Source of the DNA: Gemmatimonadaceae bacterium
Lineage (GTDB): Bacteria > Gemmatimonadota > Gemmatimonadetes > Gemmatimonadales > Gemmatimonadaceae
Assembly: GCA_040901985.1 (NCBI GenBank)
Contig: JBBDYC010000017.1
Span: 128,001 to 192,000 of the forward strand
DNA length: 64,000 nt
Reading direction: 5' to 3'
In this document: one piece after another, positions 27,867-37,397 of the stretch
Numbering within the stretch: the first letter of the stretch is position 1
How the letters are laid out: each line of letters opens with the position of its first letter
Translations under genes and position numbers: made by a program
Notes under the pieces: generated by a model
Database searches by the model: none
Told to the model about the DNA's origin: nothing
Seen by the model: only the letters and a program-made list of their open reading frames with translations

Positions 27867-29153
27867 ATGCCGAATGTTTCGCAAAAACCGCATCGCCGAC
27901 TCATCGCCGCACTCTTCCTCGGGGTGATCGCCGTTGCGCCGGCCGGCGCCCAGACGCCGACCCGCAACGAGGTGGATTCGCTGACGATGCGCCTTGAGGA
28001 CGCCGAGGCGATGATCCAGATGCTGCGCACGCAGCTCGGCACGGAGGCCGCCAGCACGGTCCGCAGCCGCTCGCGGATGACCGTCGAGCTCTCCGGCCGC
28101 GTCCTGATGAACGTCTTCCAGAACTCCAAGGAGACGAACAACGCCGATGTGCCGATGTACCGGAAGCAGGTCCCCGACGGCAGCCCTAAGGGCGGGATGG
28201 GCATGGCAATCCGCCAGACGACGCTCGGCCTCGCCGTCTCGGCGCCTGACGTCCTCGGTGGGCACTTTCTGGGCGACCTCGACGCGGATTTCTTCGGCGG
28301 CCAGTTCCTGAGCCCCGGCGGCCGCACGCACCCGGTGCTCCGGATCCGCACCGCCCGCGCGATCGTTGAGTGGCAGCAGTCCCAGCTGTTGATCGGGCAG
28401 GAGCAGCCGCTGATCGCCGGGTTGAATCCGGTCAGTCTCTCGGCCGTCGGCGTACCGCTCTTCTCCTACTCGGGAAACCTCTGGCTCTGGTTGCCGCAGA
28501 TCCGCGCCGGCTGGCACACGGAGGGCCGGATGCGCGTCGGCGTCCAGGCGGCGGCGTTGGCGCCGACCACCGGCGACACCGTCGGCGAGTTCAACACCTT
28601 GGTGGATCAGGCCGAGCGCTCGGGGATGCCGTTCCTGCAGGCGAGAGCGCATCTCTCGTGGGGCAGCGACGAAAATGCGGGAGAGTTCGGCATCGGCTAT
28701 CACACCGGCCAGATACACGACGTCAACGAGGACGCGCACCCGAGCACGGCAATCGCCGCCGACTTTCTCGTGCCGTTCGCCTCGCGGTTCGAGCTGCGCG
28801 GCGAGTTCTACAGCGGCCAGCTCCTCAAGGGCCTGGGCGGCGGCGCCATCGGACAGAACTTCGGTGTCGGTGGCACGACGCCCGTCCGTGCCATCGGCGG
28901 CTGGGCGCAGGTCAATGTCCGGTTGACGCCCCGGCTCCTCGTCGGCGCTGGGTACGGCCTCGACGACCCGAATGACGATGACCTCGACCCCACCGGCACC
29001 CGGTTCCTGAACACGACCACCGAGGCGCACCTGCATTGGCGGCCGGCCGGCCCGCTGGTCTTCGGGCTCGAGTACCGCACGATCCGCACGCGCTACGACG
29101 CCAGCGACTACCCCAACACGCACATCAACCTGGCGTTCGGCTTCGAGTTCTAG
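27867..29153 (+). CDS. Outer-membrane beta-barrel porin (DcaP-like architecture)
   Basis: Signal peptide, N-terminal coiled coil, amphipathic strands (LDADFFGG, LRGEFYSG, GGWAQVNV), C-terminal LAFGFEF. Confidence 0.75.
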   Translation: MPNVSQKPHRRLIAALFLGVIAVAPAGAQTPTRNEVDSLTMRLEDAEAMIQMLRTQLGTEAASTVRSRSRMTVELSGRVLMNVFQNSKETNNADVPMYRKQVPDGSPKGGMGMAIRQTTLGLAVSAPDVLGGHFLGDLDADFFGGQFLSPGGRTHPVLRIRTARAIVEWQQSQLLIGQEQPLIAGLNPVSLSAVGVPLFSYSGNLWLWLPQIRAGWHTEGRMRVGVQAAALAPTTGDTVGEFNTLVDQAERSGMPFLQARAHLSWGSDENAGEFGIGYHTGQIHDVNEDAHPSTAIAADFLVPFASRFELRGEFYSGQLLKGLGGGAIGQNFGVGGTTPVRAIGGWAQVNVRLTPRLLVGAGYGLDDPNDDDLDPTGTRFLNTTTEAHLHWRPAGPLVFGLEYRTIRTRYDASDYPNTHINLAFGFEF

Positions 29154-30366
29154 TTTTCGTTTTTTCGTTCTCGAGGTCGGCGACGACAAGGCGGACGGCG
29201 ATCCCGCCATTGCTCGTCTGCAGGATCTCACGGAACGGAAGTGCCGTCGCGGCATCGAGGGCGCGGTCGGCGGAGAGGAGCGCCACGCGCCAGCCGGCGC
29301 ACCGCTCGCGCGCGACCTGCCCGAAGCGCGCAAAGAGGTCGCGCAGCGCGGCTGGGTCGCCGACGCGCACGCCGTACGGCGGATTCGCGACCAAGAGCCC
29401 CGGCCCCTCCGGCACCTCGAGCGCCGAGAGCGCGCGCTGCGCGAAGGCAATGTCGGCGGCGACGCCGGCCCGCTCGGCGTTCGCCCGCGCCGCCTCGATC
29501 GCGCCCGCATCGCGGTCCGACCCGAGGATCGGCGCGGGCGCCGCCGGGAGGATCCGTCGGCGCGCCGTCGCGCGCGCCGCTGCCCAATCGGAGGCGTCGG
29601 ACTCCGGCCAGCGCTCGGCGGCAAAGCGTCGCCCGAGTCCCGGGGCAATCCGCCGCGCGCGCGTCGCCGCCTCGATCGCGATCGTCCCGGCGCCACAGAG
29701 CGGGTCCACCAGCGGCGTTTGCGTGTCCCACTCGACGGCCGCAAGCATCGCCGCGGCGAGTGTCTCCCGCAGCGGCGCGCGCCCGACGGCCTGACGATAG
29801 CCGCGGCGGTGCAGCAGCTCGCCCGACGCGTCGGCGCTGATCGTGCACTGGTCGTGATCGAGACGGATCACGAAGATCTGCGGCGGTTCGGCGGCGGCCG
29901 CGGCGGCAATCGGCGACTGGGAATCGTCGCCCAACTCCGTGTCTTCGTCCCCGTCGGCCGATTCGAGTCGCGCCGCCGGCACGGCGCGCGCGATCGCCGC
30001 CCCCACGCGCTCGGCCACCGCATCGGAGTGATACAGCTTCGACTTGCGGCAGGTCACGCGCAGCCGCACCGCCGCGCCCTCGGCGCAAAAGCGTCCCCAT
30101 TCCACTCGCCGCGCCTCGCGCTCGAGTTCGCGGAACGTCGTCGCACGGAAGCTCGCCAGTCGCACGACCACACGGCTCGCGACGCGCAGCGAGAGCTGCG
30201 CGCGCGCCAACCCCAGCGCATCACAGCGAAACGACACGCCGCCCGTCTCCGGCGCGATCCGCGACACGCCGAGCTGTCGGAGTTCGGCGGCGACGAGCGG
30301 CTCGAGTCCGGGCGCCGCAACGGCCCAGGCGTCGTACGGGAGGGCGGCGCGCGCGGTGGACACCAC
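29125..30366 (-). CDS. THUMP-domain RNA methyltransferase (RlmL/YpsC-like)
   Basis: LHRRGYRQ, APLRETLAAAML, DPLCGAGTIAIEA, ANPPYG. Confidence 0.9.
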   Translation of the reverse strand: MVSTARAALPYDAWAVAAPGLEPLVAAELRQLGVSRIAPETGGVSFRCDALGLARAQLSLRVASRVVVRLASFRATTFRELEREARRVEWGRFCAEGAAVRLRVTCRKSKLYHSDAVAERVGAAIARAVPAARLESADGDEDTELGDDSQSPIAAAAAAEPPQIFVIRLDHDQCTISADASGELLHRRGYRQAVGRAPLRETLAAAMLAAVEWDTQTPLVDPLCGAGTIAIEAATRARRIAPGLGRRFAAERWPESDASDWAAARATARRRILPAAPAPILGSDRDAGAIEAARANAERAGVAADIAFAQRALSALEVPEGPGLLVANPPYGVRVGDPAALRDLFARFGQVARERCAGWRVALLSADRALDAATALPFREILQTSNGGIAVRLVVADLENEKTKTRTRSRTPG

Positions 30367-30383
30367 CGCAATCTATGGCGCGC

Positions 30384-31076
30384 TCAGCGCGCGGCGGGTG
30401 TCGGCGGCGGCGGTGTCGCCGCAACGGCGGCGCGGCGGCGCGACTCCCGCCACCGCCAGCCGAGCAGCGCCGCGAAGATCAGCGCGAAGACCAGCGGCTC
30501 CCGCACGTCGAGCTTCACCGCCATCCAGAAGTGCACGACCCCGAGCGCGGCGATCACGTAGATCGCCTTGTGCAGCTGCTTCCATCGCTTGCCGAGGCGC
30601 GCCATCATCTTCTTCGTTGACGTGACTGCGAGCGCGCTCAACAGGAGGAACGCCGCCATCCCGATCGTGATGAACGGACGCTTCACGATGTCCGTCCAGA
30701 TCTCGTCCCACCCGACGAGGTCGTCAATCACCACCTGCATGTCGAGCAGCGCCCAAGTCAGGACGTGGAGCACCGCGTAACTGAAGGTGAAGAGCCCGAG
30801 CGTCCGGCGGTGCCTGGCGAGCCAGTTCCATCCGGTGATCCCCCGCAGTGGCGTCACCGTCAGCGTCAGGACCAGCATCCGCAGCGTCCAGTTGCCGAAG
30901 AGGTGCTCGGCCTCCTTGATCGGATCCGACCCGAGGTGGCGCGTGCCGCCAACGAAAAAGAGGTCGGAGAGCACGGCGTAGGCGATCCAGGACGCCGGCA
31001 ACAGCGCGAGGACGAACAGCACGACGCCGAAACCGCGCGGCTGGTGGTCGAGACCCCCCAGCGGCGAGCGCGCCAT
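30384..31076 (-). CDS. msrQ: Methionine sulfoxide reductase heme-binding subunit
   Basis: RRTLGLFTFSYAVLH, KRPFITIG, LAVTS, WKQLHKAIY; ATG overlaps the msrP stop. Confidence 0.92.
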   Translation of the reverse strand: MARSPLGGLDHQPRGFGVVLFVLALLPASWIAYAVLSDLFFVGGTRHLGSDPIKEAEHLFGNWTLRMLVLTLTVTPLRGITGWNWLARHRRTLGLFTFSYAVLHVLTWALLDMQVVIDDLVGWDEIWTDIVKRPFITIGMAAFLLLSALAVTSTKKMMARLGKRWKQLHKAIYVIAALGVVHFWMAVKLDVREPLVFALIFAALLGWRWRESRRRAAVAATPPPPTPAAR

Positions 31077-32035
31077 CAGTAGTTGCGGCGGAGATCCAGT
31101 CCCGAGTACAGCGACGCCACCTGATCCGCGTAGCCGTTGAACATCAGTGTCGGCCGGCGGCGGAATTCGCCGATCCGCCGCTCCGTCGCCTGGCTCCACC
31201 GCGGGTGGTCCACCGTCGGGTTCACGTTCGCGTAGAACCCGTACTCGTTTGGCGCGGCAATCGCCCACGCCGTGCGCGGCATCGTCTCCACGAAGCGCAT
31301 CCGCACGATGCTCTTCACACCCTTGAAGCCGTACTTCCACGGCACCACGAGGCGGAGCGGCGCGCCGTTCTGGTTCGGAAGATCCTTGCCGTACACGCCC
31401 GTGGCGAGGAGCGTCAGCGGGTGCATCGCCTCGTCGAGCCGCAGGCCCTCGACGTACGGCCACTCAAGGATCGGGAGCCGCTGGCCGGGCATCTGCTGCG
31501 GATCGTGGAGCGTCGTCAGCTCCACGAAGCGCGCCCGCGACGTCGGCTTGGCCCGCGCGATCACGTCGGCCATCGGGATCCCGCGCCAGGGGATGACCAT
31601 TGACCACGCCTCCACGCACCGCATCCGGTAAATCCGATCCTCCATCCGCGACGGCTTGAGGAAGTCCTCCAACGCGTAATCGCCGGGCTTCTCGCAGAGG
31701 CCCTCCACCTTCACCGTCCACGGCCGCGTGCGGAAGCTCTGCGCGTTTGCCTTCGGGTCGTCCTTCCCGGTGCCGAACTCGTAGAAGTTGTTGTAGCCGG
31801 TGACGTCCACTTCCGGCGTCGGCGTGTCGTTCGGCTGGAGGCCGTACGGCGTGCCGAGCGATCCCTGCGCCGCGCCCTGTCCCTGCGCGGCCACCGCGTC
31901 GTGGGCGTAGAGCAGCCGCGCGCCGACAATCCCCGCGCCGAGCACGCCCGCCGCGGCGAGAAACGTGCGTCGGTCGAAGTACGCCGACTCCGGCGTGATC
32001 TCGCTGGGCTTCAGCCTGCTGTCGGTGTTGGCCAT
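31076..32035 (-). CDS. msrP: Methionine sulfoxide reductase catalytic (Mo) subunit
   Basis: Tat motif [48 protein letters not shown]. Confidence 0.96.
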   Translation of the reverse strand: MANTDSRLKPSEITPESAYFDRRTFLAAAGVLGAGIVGARLLYAHDAVAAQGQGAAQGSLGTPYGLQPNDTPTPEVDVTGYNNFYEFGTGKDDPKANAQSFRTRPWTVKVEGLCEKPGDYALEDFLKPSRMEDRIYRMRCVEAWSMVIPWRGIPMADVIARAKPTSRARFVELTTLHDPQQMPGQRLPILEWPYVEGLRLDEAMHPLTLLATGVYGKDLPNQNGAPLRLVVPWKYGFKGVKSIVRMRFVETMPRTAWAIAAPNEYGFYANVNPTVDHPRWSQATERRIGEFRRRPTLMFNGYADQVASLYSGLDLRRNY

Positions 32036-32077
32036 GGGTGTACGAATCGAGGGTGCCGGCAAGCGGTTCCCGTCCGC

Positions 32078-33214
32078 CTATTCTATCGTCTTCGAGAAGC
32101 GCCGCACGCTGATCGTCAGCAGGATGACGGCGAACACGGCCAGCCAGAGCGAGTTCCGCCAGACGTGTTCGATTCCCACGCCCTTGAGCAGGATGCCCCG
32201 CAGCACCTGCAGGAAGTACGTCAACGGCAGGAGCAGACCGACCCACTGCGCCGGCTCCGGCATCGCCGCCCGCGGAAAGATATACCCCGAGAGCAGGATG
32301 TTCGGCAGCAGGAAGAAGAAGCTCATCTGCATCGCCTGCGACTGGCTTCGGGCGAGGGTCGAGATCAGTAGCCCCACGCCGAGACTCGCCACGATGAACG
32401 CCGAGGTGAGCAGGTAGAGCAGCACCAGGCTCCCGCGCAGCGGGATGTCGAAGATCAGCCAGCCGAGGCCGAGCACGACGCTCATCTGGATGTAGCCGAC
32501 GAGGATGAACGGCACGACCTTGCCGAGCATCAGCGAGGTCTTGTCAATCGGCGTGACGATCAGCTGCTCGAGGGTGCCGCGTTCGCGCTCGCGCACGATC
32601 GCCGTGCTGGTGATCAGGGTCATCGTCAGCGTCAGCAGGATGCCGATGACCCCGGGGACGATGAAGACCGCGCTGCGTTGGGCCGGGTTGTACCAGGGCC
32701 GCACCCGGAGGTCCACGGGCGGATCCAAGGGCCCGCCGAGTCGGGCCGCGGTGATCGCCACGCCGCGTGCCTGCGCGGCGAGCTGCGCGCCGGAGAGCGC
32801 CGCCCCGGACGACTGCGGATCGGCCGCGTCCACGATCAACTGCGCACGCGCCGTCGCACCGGCGGCGATCTGCCGCGCGTACTCTGGCGGGATCACCAGC
32901 GCCGCGTTGGCGCGACCGCTCTCGATCGCGTCCTGCATCGCCGCGCGGTCGGGGACCTCGCCGATGATCCGGAAGACGTCGGTGTTCGCCAGCGTCTGGA
33001 CAAGCAGGCGCGACTCGGTCGTCCGCGAATCGTCGAGCACCACCGTCGGCAGGTTGCGCACGTCGGTCTGGATCGCGTAACCGAAGAGGACGAGCTGGAT
33101 TGCCGGAAAGAGCGTCACCATCCCGAAGGTCAGCCGGTCGCGCCGCATCTGGATGAACTCCTTCCAGAGCATCGGCCAGAACGGCGAGCGGCGCAGCCGG
33201 TGGAGGAGACTCAT
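32078..33214 (-). CDS. ABC-2 exporter permease
   Basis: KEFIQMRRD, IVRERERGTLEQLIVTP, LLSGYIFP. Confidence 0.92.
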   Translation of the reverse strand: MSLLHRLRRSPFWPMLWKEFIQMRRDRLTFGMVTLFPAIQLVLFGYAIQTDVRNLPTVVLDDSRTTESRLLVQTLANTDVFRIIGEVPDRAAMQDAIESGRANAALVIPPEYARQIAAGATARAQLIVDAADPQSSGAALSGAQLAAQARGVAITAARLGGPLDPPVDLRVRPWYNPAQRSAVFIVPGVIGILLTLTMTLITSTAIVRERERGTLEQLIVTPIDKTSLMLGKVVPFILVGYIQMSVVLGLGWLIFDIPLRGSLVLLYLLTSAFIVASLGVGLLISTLARSQSQAMQMSFFFLLPNILLSGYIFPRAAMPEPAQWVGLLLPLTYFLQVLRGILLKGVGIEHVWRNSLWLAVFAVILLTISVRRFSKTIE

Positions 33215-33987
33215 ACGCGCGCCTCGTCGGCCGCCTGCAGCGCGATGAACACGTCCTCGATCGTCGGCTGGTTGAACTGCGTGGTGATCTCGGCCGGCGT
33301 ACCGACGCCGATCAGGTGCCCGCGCGAGAGGAAGGCGAGTCGTTCGCAGCGCTCGGCCTCGTCCATATAGTGCGTGGTCACGAGCACCGTCGTGCCGCCG
33401 CGCGCCATGGCGTAGATGGACTCCCAGAAGGCGCGGCGCGCCGCCGGATCCACGCCCGCCGTCGGCTCGTCGAGAAACAGCATCTCCGGTTGGTGCGCGG
33501 TGGCGCACGCGAGTGCGAGGCGTTGCTTCCAGCCGCCGGAGAGCGTACCGGCCAGCTGGTGCCGTCGCTCGGCGAGCCCGAGGTCCGCCAGGTGCCGCTC
33601 GAGCCGCTCACTGCGCGCCTCGCCGTACAGGCCGTAGATCGTCGAGTAGAAGCGCAGGTTCTCGTCCACCGTCAGGTCGTCATACAGCCCGTAGCGCTGC
33701 GACATATAGCCGATCGAGCGGCGAATCTCCTCCGACTCCGTCGCCACGTCGAACCCGACGACGGTCGCCCCGCCTGCGCTCGGCGGCAGCAGTCCGCAAA
33801 GCATCCGGATCGTCGTCGTCTTCCCCGAGCCGTTCGGGCCGAGCAGGCCGAACACCTCGCCCCGCCGGATCGTGAGGTCGAGGCCTTCGACCGCCGTGAT
33901 CGGGCCGAAGGTCTTGCGGAGACCGACCGTCTTGACCGCCGTGGCGCTGGGCGTGGCGCCGGGCGTGGCGCCGGGTGTGGCGGTCAC
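33211..33987 (-). CDS. ABC exporter ATP-binding protein
   Basis: GPNGSGKTT, LSGGWKQR, LDEPT, TTH; GTG overlaps the HlyD-like stop. Confidence 0.93.
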   Translation of the reverse strand: MTATPGATPGATPSATAVKTVGLRKTFGPITAVEGLDLTIRRGEVFGLLGPNGSGKTTTIRMLCGLLPPSAGGATVVGFDVATESEEIRRSIGYMSQRYGLYDDLTVDENLRFYSTIYGLYGEARSERLERHLADLGLAERRHQLAGTLSGGWKQRLALACATAHQPEMLFLDEPTAGVDPAARRAFWESIYAMARGGTTVLVTTHYMDEAERCERLAFLSRGHLIGVGTPAEITTQFNQPTIEDVFIALQAADEARV

Positions 33988-35024
33988 GGGGTCGCTGACC
34001 CGCCTGGCGCGCCGAGCGCCGCCGGGACAGTCCGTACCGTCACCGAGAGGCCCGCCTTGAGAAACTCCGTGGTGTCGCGGAACTCGGCGCGCACGGCAAA
34101 GAGCAGGTCGGCCCGCTCGCGCTCGGTGAGTGCCACCCGCGGCGTGTACTCCGCCTGCGTCGCCAGCGCGGCAATCCGCCCCTGCACCGGCCGGTCGGGG
34201 AAGGCGTCGAGCGTCGCCGTCACCGCGTCGCCGACCTGCAGGCGCGGGAGCGCCTCCTGGCCGACGAAGATCCGGACGCGCTGGCGCCCCGTCTCGGCGA
34301 GCACCATTGCCCGCGCGCCAGCGGCGAGGACCTCGCCCGGCTCGGCGTTGCGGACCAGCACGCGACCGTCCACCGGCGCGATGATTGCCAGGTCGCGCGC
34401 TGTCGCTTGCGCCATTCCCAGGGTGGCCTCGGCGGCGGCCAGCTCGGCGCGCGCAGCGGCGAGGCGCTCGGCGCGCGTGCCGTCGCGCAGGAGCTCGAGC
34501 TGCGCGGCCGCGGCATCGCGCCGTGCAGCCGCCGTTCGTGCCGTGGCCTGCGCGGTCTCCAGTTGCTGGGCCGACGCGAAGTCCTGCCGCGCAAGCGGCG
34601 TCAGGCGGGCAACATCGGACGCCGCGCGATCGGCGTCGGCACTGAATGCCGCCACCTCGGCCGCGGCCCGCGCGACCTCGGCGGGCAACGGGCCGGCGAT
34701 TGCTTCCTGCAGGGCCGCCCGTGCTGCGGCCACGCGCGCCGCACGCTGGCGAAGGTCGGCGGCGAGCGTCGGAAGCTCGAGTACCAGGAGCGTGTCGCCG
34801 ATGCGGACGCGATCCCCCTCCTCCACCAATACACGGGCCACACGCCCGGTGGTGAGAGACGCGAGGTCCACCTCGACAACCTCTAGCACGCCGGTGGCCT
34901 CGATGGGACCGTCGGCGGGGCGACCGCACGCGGCGAGAGAACCGAGGGCCGCGACGGCGGCGACGGCTGTGACGGCTGTGACGGCAGTGAGAGCGAGCGG
35001 CGGGAAGAACGAAGAGCGGCGCAT
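33984..35024 (-). CDS. HlyD-family periplasmic adaptor lipoprotein
   Basis: Lipobox LAAC; GRVARVLVEEGDRV, coiled coil, IIAPVDG, AEYTP. Confidence 0.9.
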   Translation of the reverse strand: MRRSSFFPPLALTAVTAVTAVAAVAALGSLAACGRPADGPIEATGVLEVVEVDLASLTTGRVARVLVEEGDRVRIGDTLLVLELPTLAADLRQRAARVAAARAALQEAIAGPLPAEVARAAAEVAAFSADADRAASDVARLTPLARQDFASAQQLETAQATARTAAARRDAAAAQLELLRDGTRAERLAAARAELAAAEATLGMAQATARDLAIIAPVDGRVLVRNAEPGEVLAAGARAMVLAETGRQRVRIFVGQEALPRLQVGDAVTATLDAFPDRPVQGRIAALATQAEYTPRVALTERERADLLFAVRAEFRDTTEFLKAGLSVTVRTVPAALGAPGGSATP

Positions 35025-35026
35025 AA

Positions 35027-35662
35027 TCAGTCGGTCGGGGAAGGGTGCCTCGGCGGCGCGAGCGCGGCGAGCGTGAAGGCGGCGGCGTGGCGGGCAAAGG
35101 CGGCGCCGACGTCCGCCGAGATGGGCTTGCCGTCGGCAATGAGGAGCTCGACCGCCGGCCGGGCGATCTCGAAGTAGGTCGTCTGCGCGACAAGGGAAAT
35201 CGCGACGAACCGCGGGTCCAGGTCGTCGCGAAAGATGCCGGCTTGCTGCCCGGCGCCTATTGCCGCCCGCAGGCGAGCGAAGGTCGTCGCGGCGAGGTGC
35301 CGGATGGCGTCCTGCGCGTGCGCCGCGTCGTGGTCAATCAACTCCCGGCCGACGATCTTGCGGAGGTGCGGCAGCCGCTCGAGCATCTCGTTGTGCTGGG
35401 TGGCAAAGCGCTCGATCGCAGCGGCTGGGCCGTCAGCGCTGGCGAGTACGCTGCTCATCGCGCCGGCCATTCGCGTGATGAGACGCGTGACGACCTCGCC
35501 GTAGAGGGCTTCCTTGTCGGCAAAGTAGTAGTAGAGGAGGGCGGAGTTCACGCCGGCGTCGCCAGCGATCTGCTTGATCGTGGTCGGGACGAACCCCTGG
35601 GCGGCGAAGCGGGCTTCCGCGGCGTCGAGGATGGCTACCTTGGTGTCCGGGAGCGTGGCCAC
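35027..35662 (-). CDS. TetR-family regulator
   Basis: ILDAAEARFAAQGF...IAGDAGVNSALLYYYFADKEALY. Confidence 0.93.
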   Translation of the reverse strand: MATLPDTKVAILDAAEARFAAQGFVPTTIKQIAGDAGVNSALLYYYFADKEALYGEVVTRLITRMAGAMSSVLASADGPAAAIERFATQHNEMLERLPHLRKIVGRELIDHDAAHAQDAIRHLAATTFARLRAAIGAGQQAGIFRDDLDPRFVAISLVAQTTYFEIARPAVELLIADGKPISADVGAAFARHAAAFTLAALAPPRHPSPTD

Positions 35663-35665
35663 CCC

Positions 35666-35689
35666 TGTTAACTAATCGCTCAGTTAACA
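35666..35689. promoter_or_regulatory. Candidate TetR operator
   Basis: Inverted repeat TGTTAACT-N8-AGTTAACA immediately upstream of the tetR start. Confidence 0.7.
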
Positions 35690-35776
35690 ACAGTCAAGCT
35701 GGCTCGGCCGCGGCACCAGAGCATTATTCGCTTCCCCCGACCCTTCGCACCCCGACCAACCGGACCACCCCGACGC

Positions 35777-36214
35777 ATGCCCAAGCCCAAACAGACCTTC
35801 GAGAACCACCGCCGCTGGTTCCCGCTCTACCACTTCGTCGTCGGCCCGATCCTCTGGATCTATGCTGCGCATTCGATTGCCCATACTTACCAGGACTTCA
35901 ACGCCGTCCACGTGATGGAGACGCTCTGGGTCCTCGCGATTGCGGTCGGGGCAATCGTCGCGCGAATGATGGCGCTCCGCGTACAGAACCGACTCGTCCG
36001 GTTGGAGATGCGCCTGCGTCTCCGCGAGCTCCTCCCCGCTCCCCTCGCCGCGCGGATCCCCGAACTCACGACCCGCCAGCTGATCGGCCTCCGCTTCGCC
36101 GGTGACGCCGAGCTCCCGGCGCTGGTAGAGCGTACGCTGGCCGGGGAGTTTCCCAACACGCGCGCCATCAAGCGCGCCGTGACCGATTGGCAGCCAGACT
36201 ACATGCGCGTCTGA
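35777..36214 (+). CDS. Small membrane protein (DUF6526-like)
   Basis: QTFENHRR..YHFV, two TMs, QNRLVRLEMRLR, QLIGLRFAGDAEL, WQPDYMRV. Confidence 0.75.
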   Translation: MPKPKQTFENHRRWFPLYHFVVGPILWIYAAHSIAHTYQDFNAVHVMETLWVLAIAVGAIVARMMALRVQNRLVRLEMRLRLRELLPAPLAARIPELTTRQLIGLRFAGDAELPALVERTLAGEFPNTRAIKRAVTDWQPDYMRV

Positions 36215-36242
36215 CCCCTATTCACCCTTGAGGAGCACACCA

Positions 36243-36788
36243 ATGCGCCTTCCCGTGTTCGCCGCCGCCCTCGCCCTTTCACTTTCCGCCCCGCTCGCCG
36301 TCACCGCCCAAGGGCTGATGGACGAGATGCACCGCGACGTCAACCAGGTCCAGCGGAAGGTCATTGACCTCGCCAAGGCGATCCCCGAGTCCGACTTCGA
36401 CTGGCGCCCGAGCGCCGCCGCCCGCTCCATCCGCGAGGTACTCCTGCACATCTCGGCGGACAACTACCTGATCCCGATCTCGATGGGAATGCCCGCGCCC
36501 GCCGAGTCGGGCATCAGCGGGACCGACTTCTCGACGGCGATGACGTACGAGAAGCGCGCGCTCACGAAGGACCAGGTCGTCGCGGACCTCGAGGCCTCGT
36601 TCGGCCACCTCCACCGGGCGATGGCGCTCACGACCGACGCCAACCTCACCGAGGTGATCAAGTTCTTCGGGCAGGACTGGAGCCGGCAGCGCGCGATGAT
36701 CCTCACCGTCACGCACCTGCACGAGCACCTCGGCCAGATGATCGCCTACGCGCGGTCGAACAACGTCGCGCCGCCCTGGAGCCGGTAG
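36243..36788 (+). CDS. Exported DinB-family protein
   Basis: GAGGAG RBS; signal peptide; LAKAIPESDFDWRP, HLHEHLGQMIAYARSNNVAPPWS. Confidence 0.88.
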   Translation: MRLPVFAAALALSLSAPLAVTAQGLMDEMHRDVNQVQRKVIDLAKAIPESDFDWRPSAAARSIREVLLHISADNYLIPISMGMPAPAESGISGTDFSTAMTYEKRALTKDQVVADLEASFGHLHRAMALTTDANLTEVIKFFGQDWSRQRAMILTVTHLHEHLGQMIAYARSNNVAPPWSR

Positions 36789-36803
36789 ACTTCGGCGACG
36801 CGC

Positions 36804-36853
36804 GACGCCCGGGAGACGCGCGGGAGACGCCCGGGAGACGCTGGGCGACGCCC
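36804..36853. repeat. 11-bp tandem repeat GACGC(C/G)CGGGA
   Basis: Three copies plus degenerate ones between convergent genes. Confidence 0.75.
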
Positions 36854-37356
36854 TAGCGGTGGGCGGTCGGCAGCAGGTCGGCGTGCCAGCTTTCGCGCGC
36901 CGGCCGCTCGAACCGCGAGCGCAACTCGCCGACGCTGGTAAGCGTGGTGTCGAAGACCGGCGTCTCGGCGTTCACTTCGCCGGTCGCGGCGAGCTGTTGG
37001 AAGTCGGCGCGCGACACAGCGTGCACGAGGCCGAGCTTGTCGCGGAAGTAGACCGTCCCGCCGCCGACGAGCGATGTCCCGACGCCCTCCTCCGCCTGCT
37101 TGAGGAGCCGGAAGAGACCATCAATCGAGCACCCCGACGCATCGGACGCGCGCTCGTCCACCGCGACGAGGAGAAAGTACTCCTCACGAAAGTCGCGGGC
37201 GCAGGTCAACGGGTTGTCGTGCGCCTTCCACGACTTGAGGAATCCGTCCACCACGCCGAGGAGGCGCGGGGCGTCCACGTCGTCGAGCGGGGCGCGCGCG
37301 CCGAACACCCAGAGGCGGGCATCGTCGGGCAGCGTATCGAACGGAACGAGAGGCAT
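36853..37356 (-). CDS. Conserved hypothetical protein
   Basis: LPDDARLWVF, WKAH, ASGCSID motifs; host-like codons. Confidence 0.75.
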   Translation of the reverse strand: MPLVPFDTLPDDARLWVFGARAPLDDVDAPRLLGVVDGFLKSWKAHDNPLTCARDFREEYFLLVAVDERASDASGCSIDGLFRLLKQAEEGVGTSLVGGGTVYFRDKLGLVHAVSRADFQQLAATGEVNAETPVFDTTLTSVGELRSRFERPARESWHADLLPTAHR

Positions 37357-37397
37357 GGCAAGAGGGGCTCGGCGCACGCGACCACCGCGGCGCACCC

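Noticed and set aside
36804..36853. Tandem repeats as a possible CRISPR array
   Set aside because: 11-bp units with no spacers and no cas genes; no CRISPR array seen anywhere in the window.
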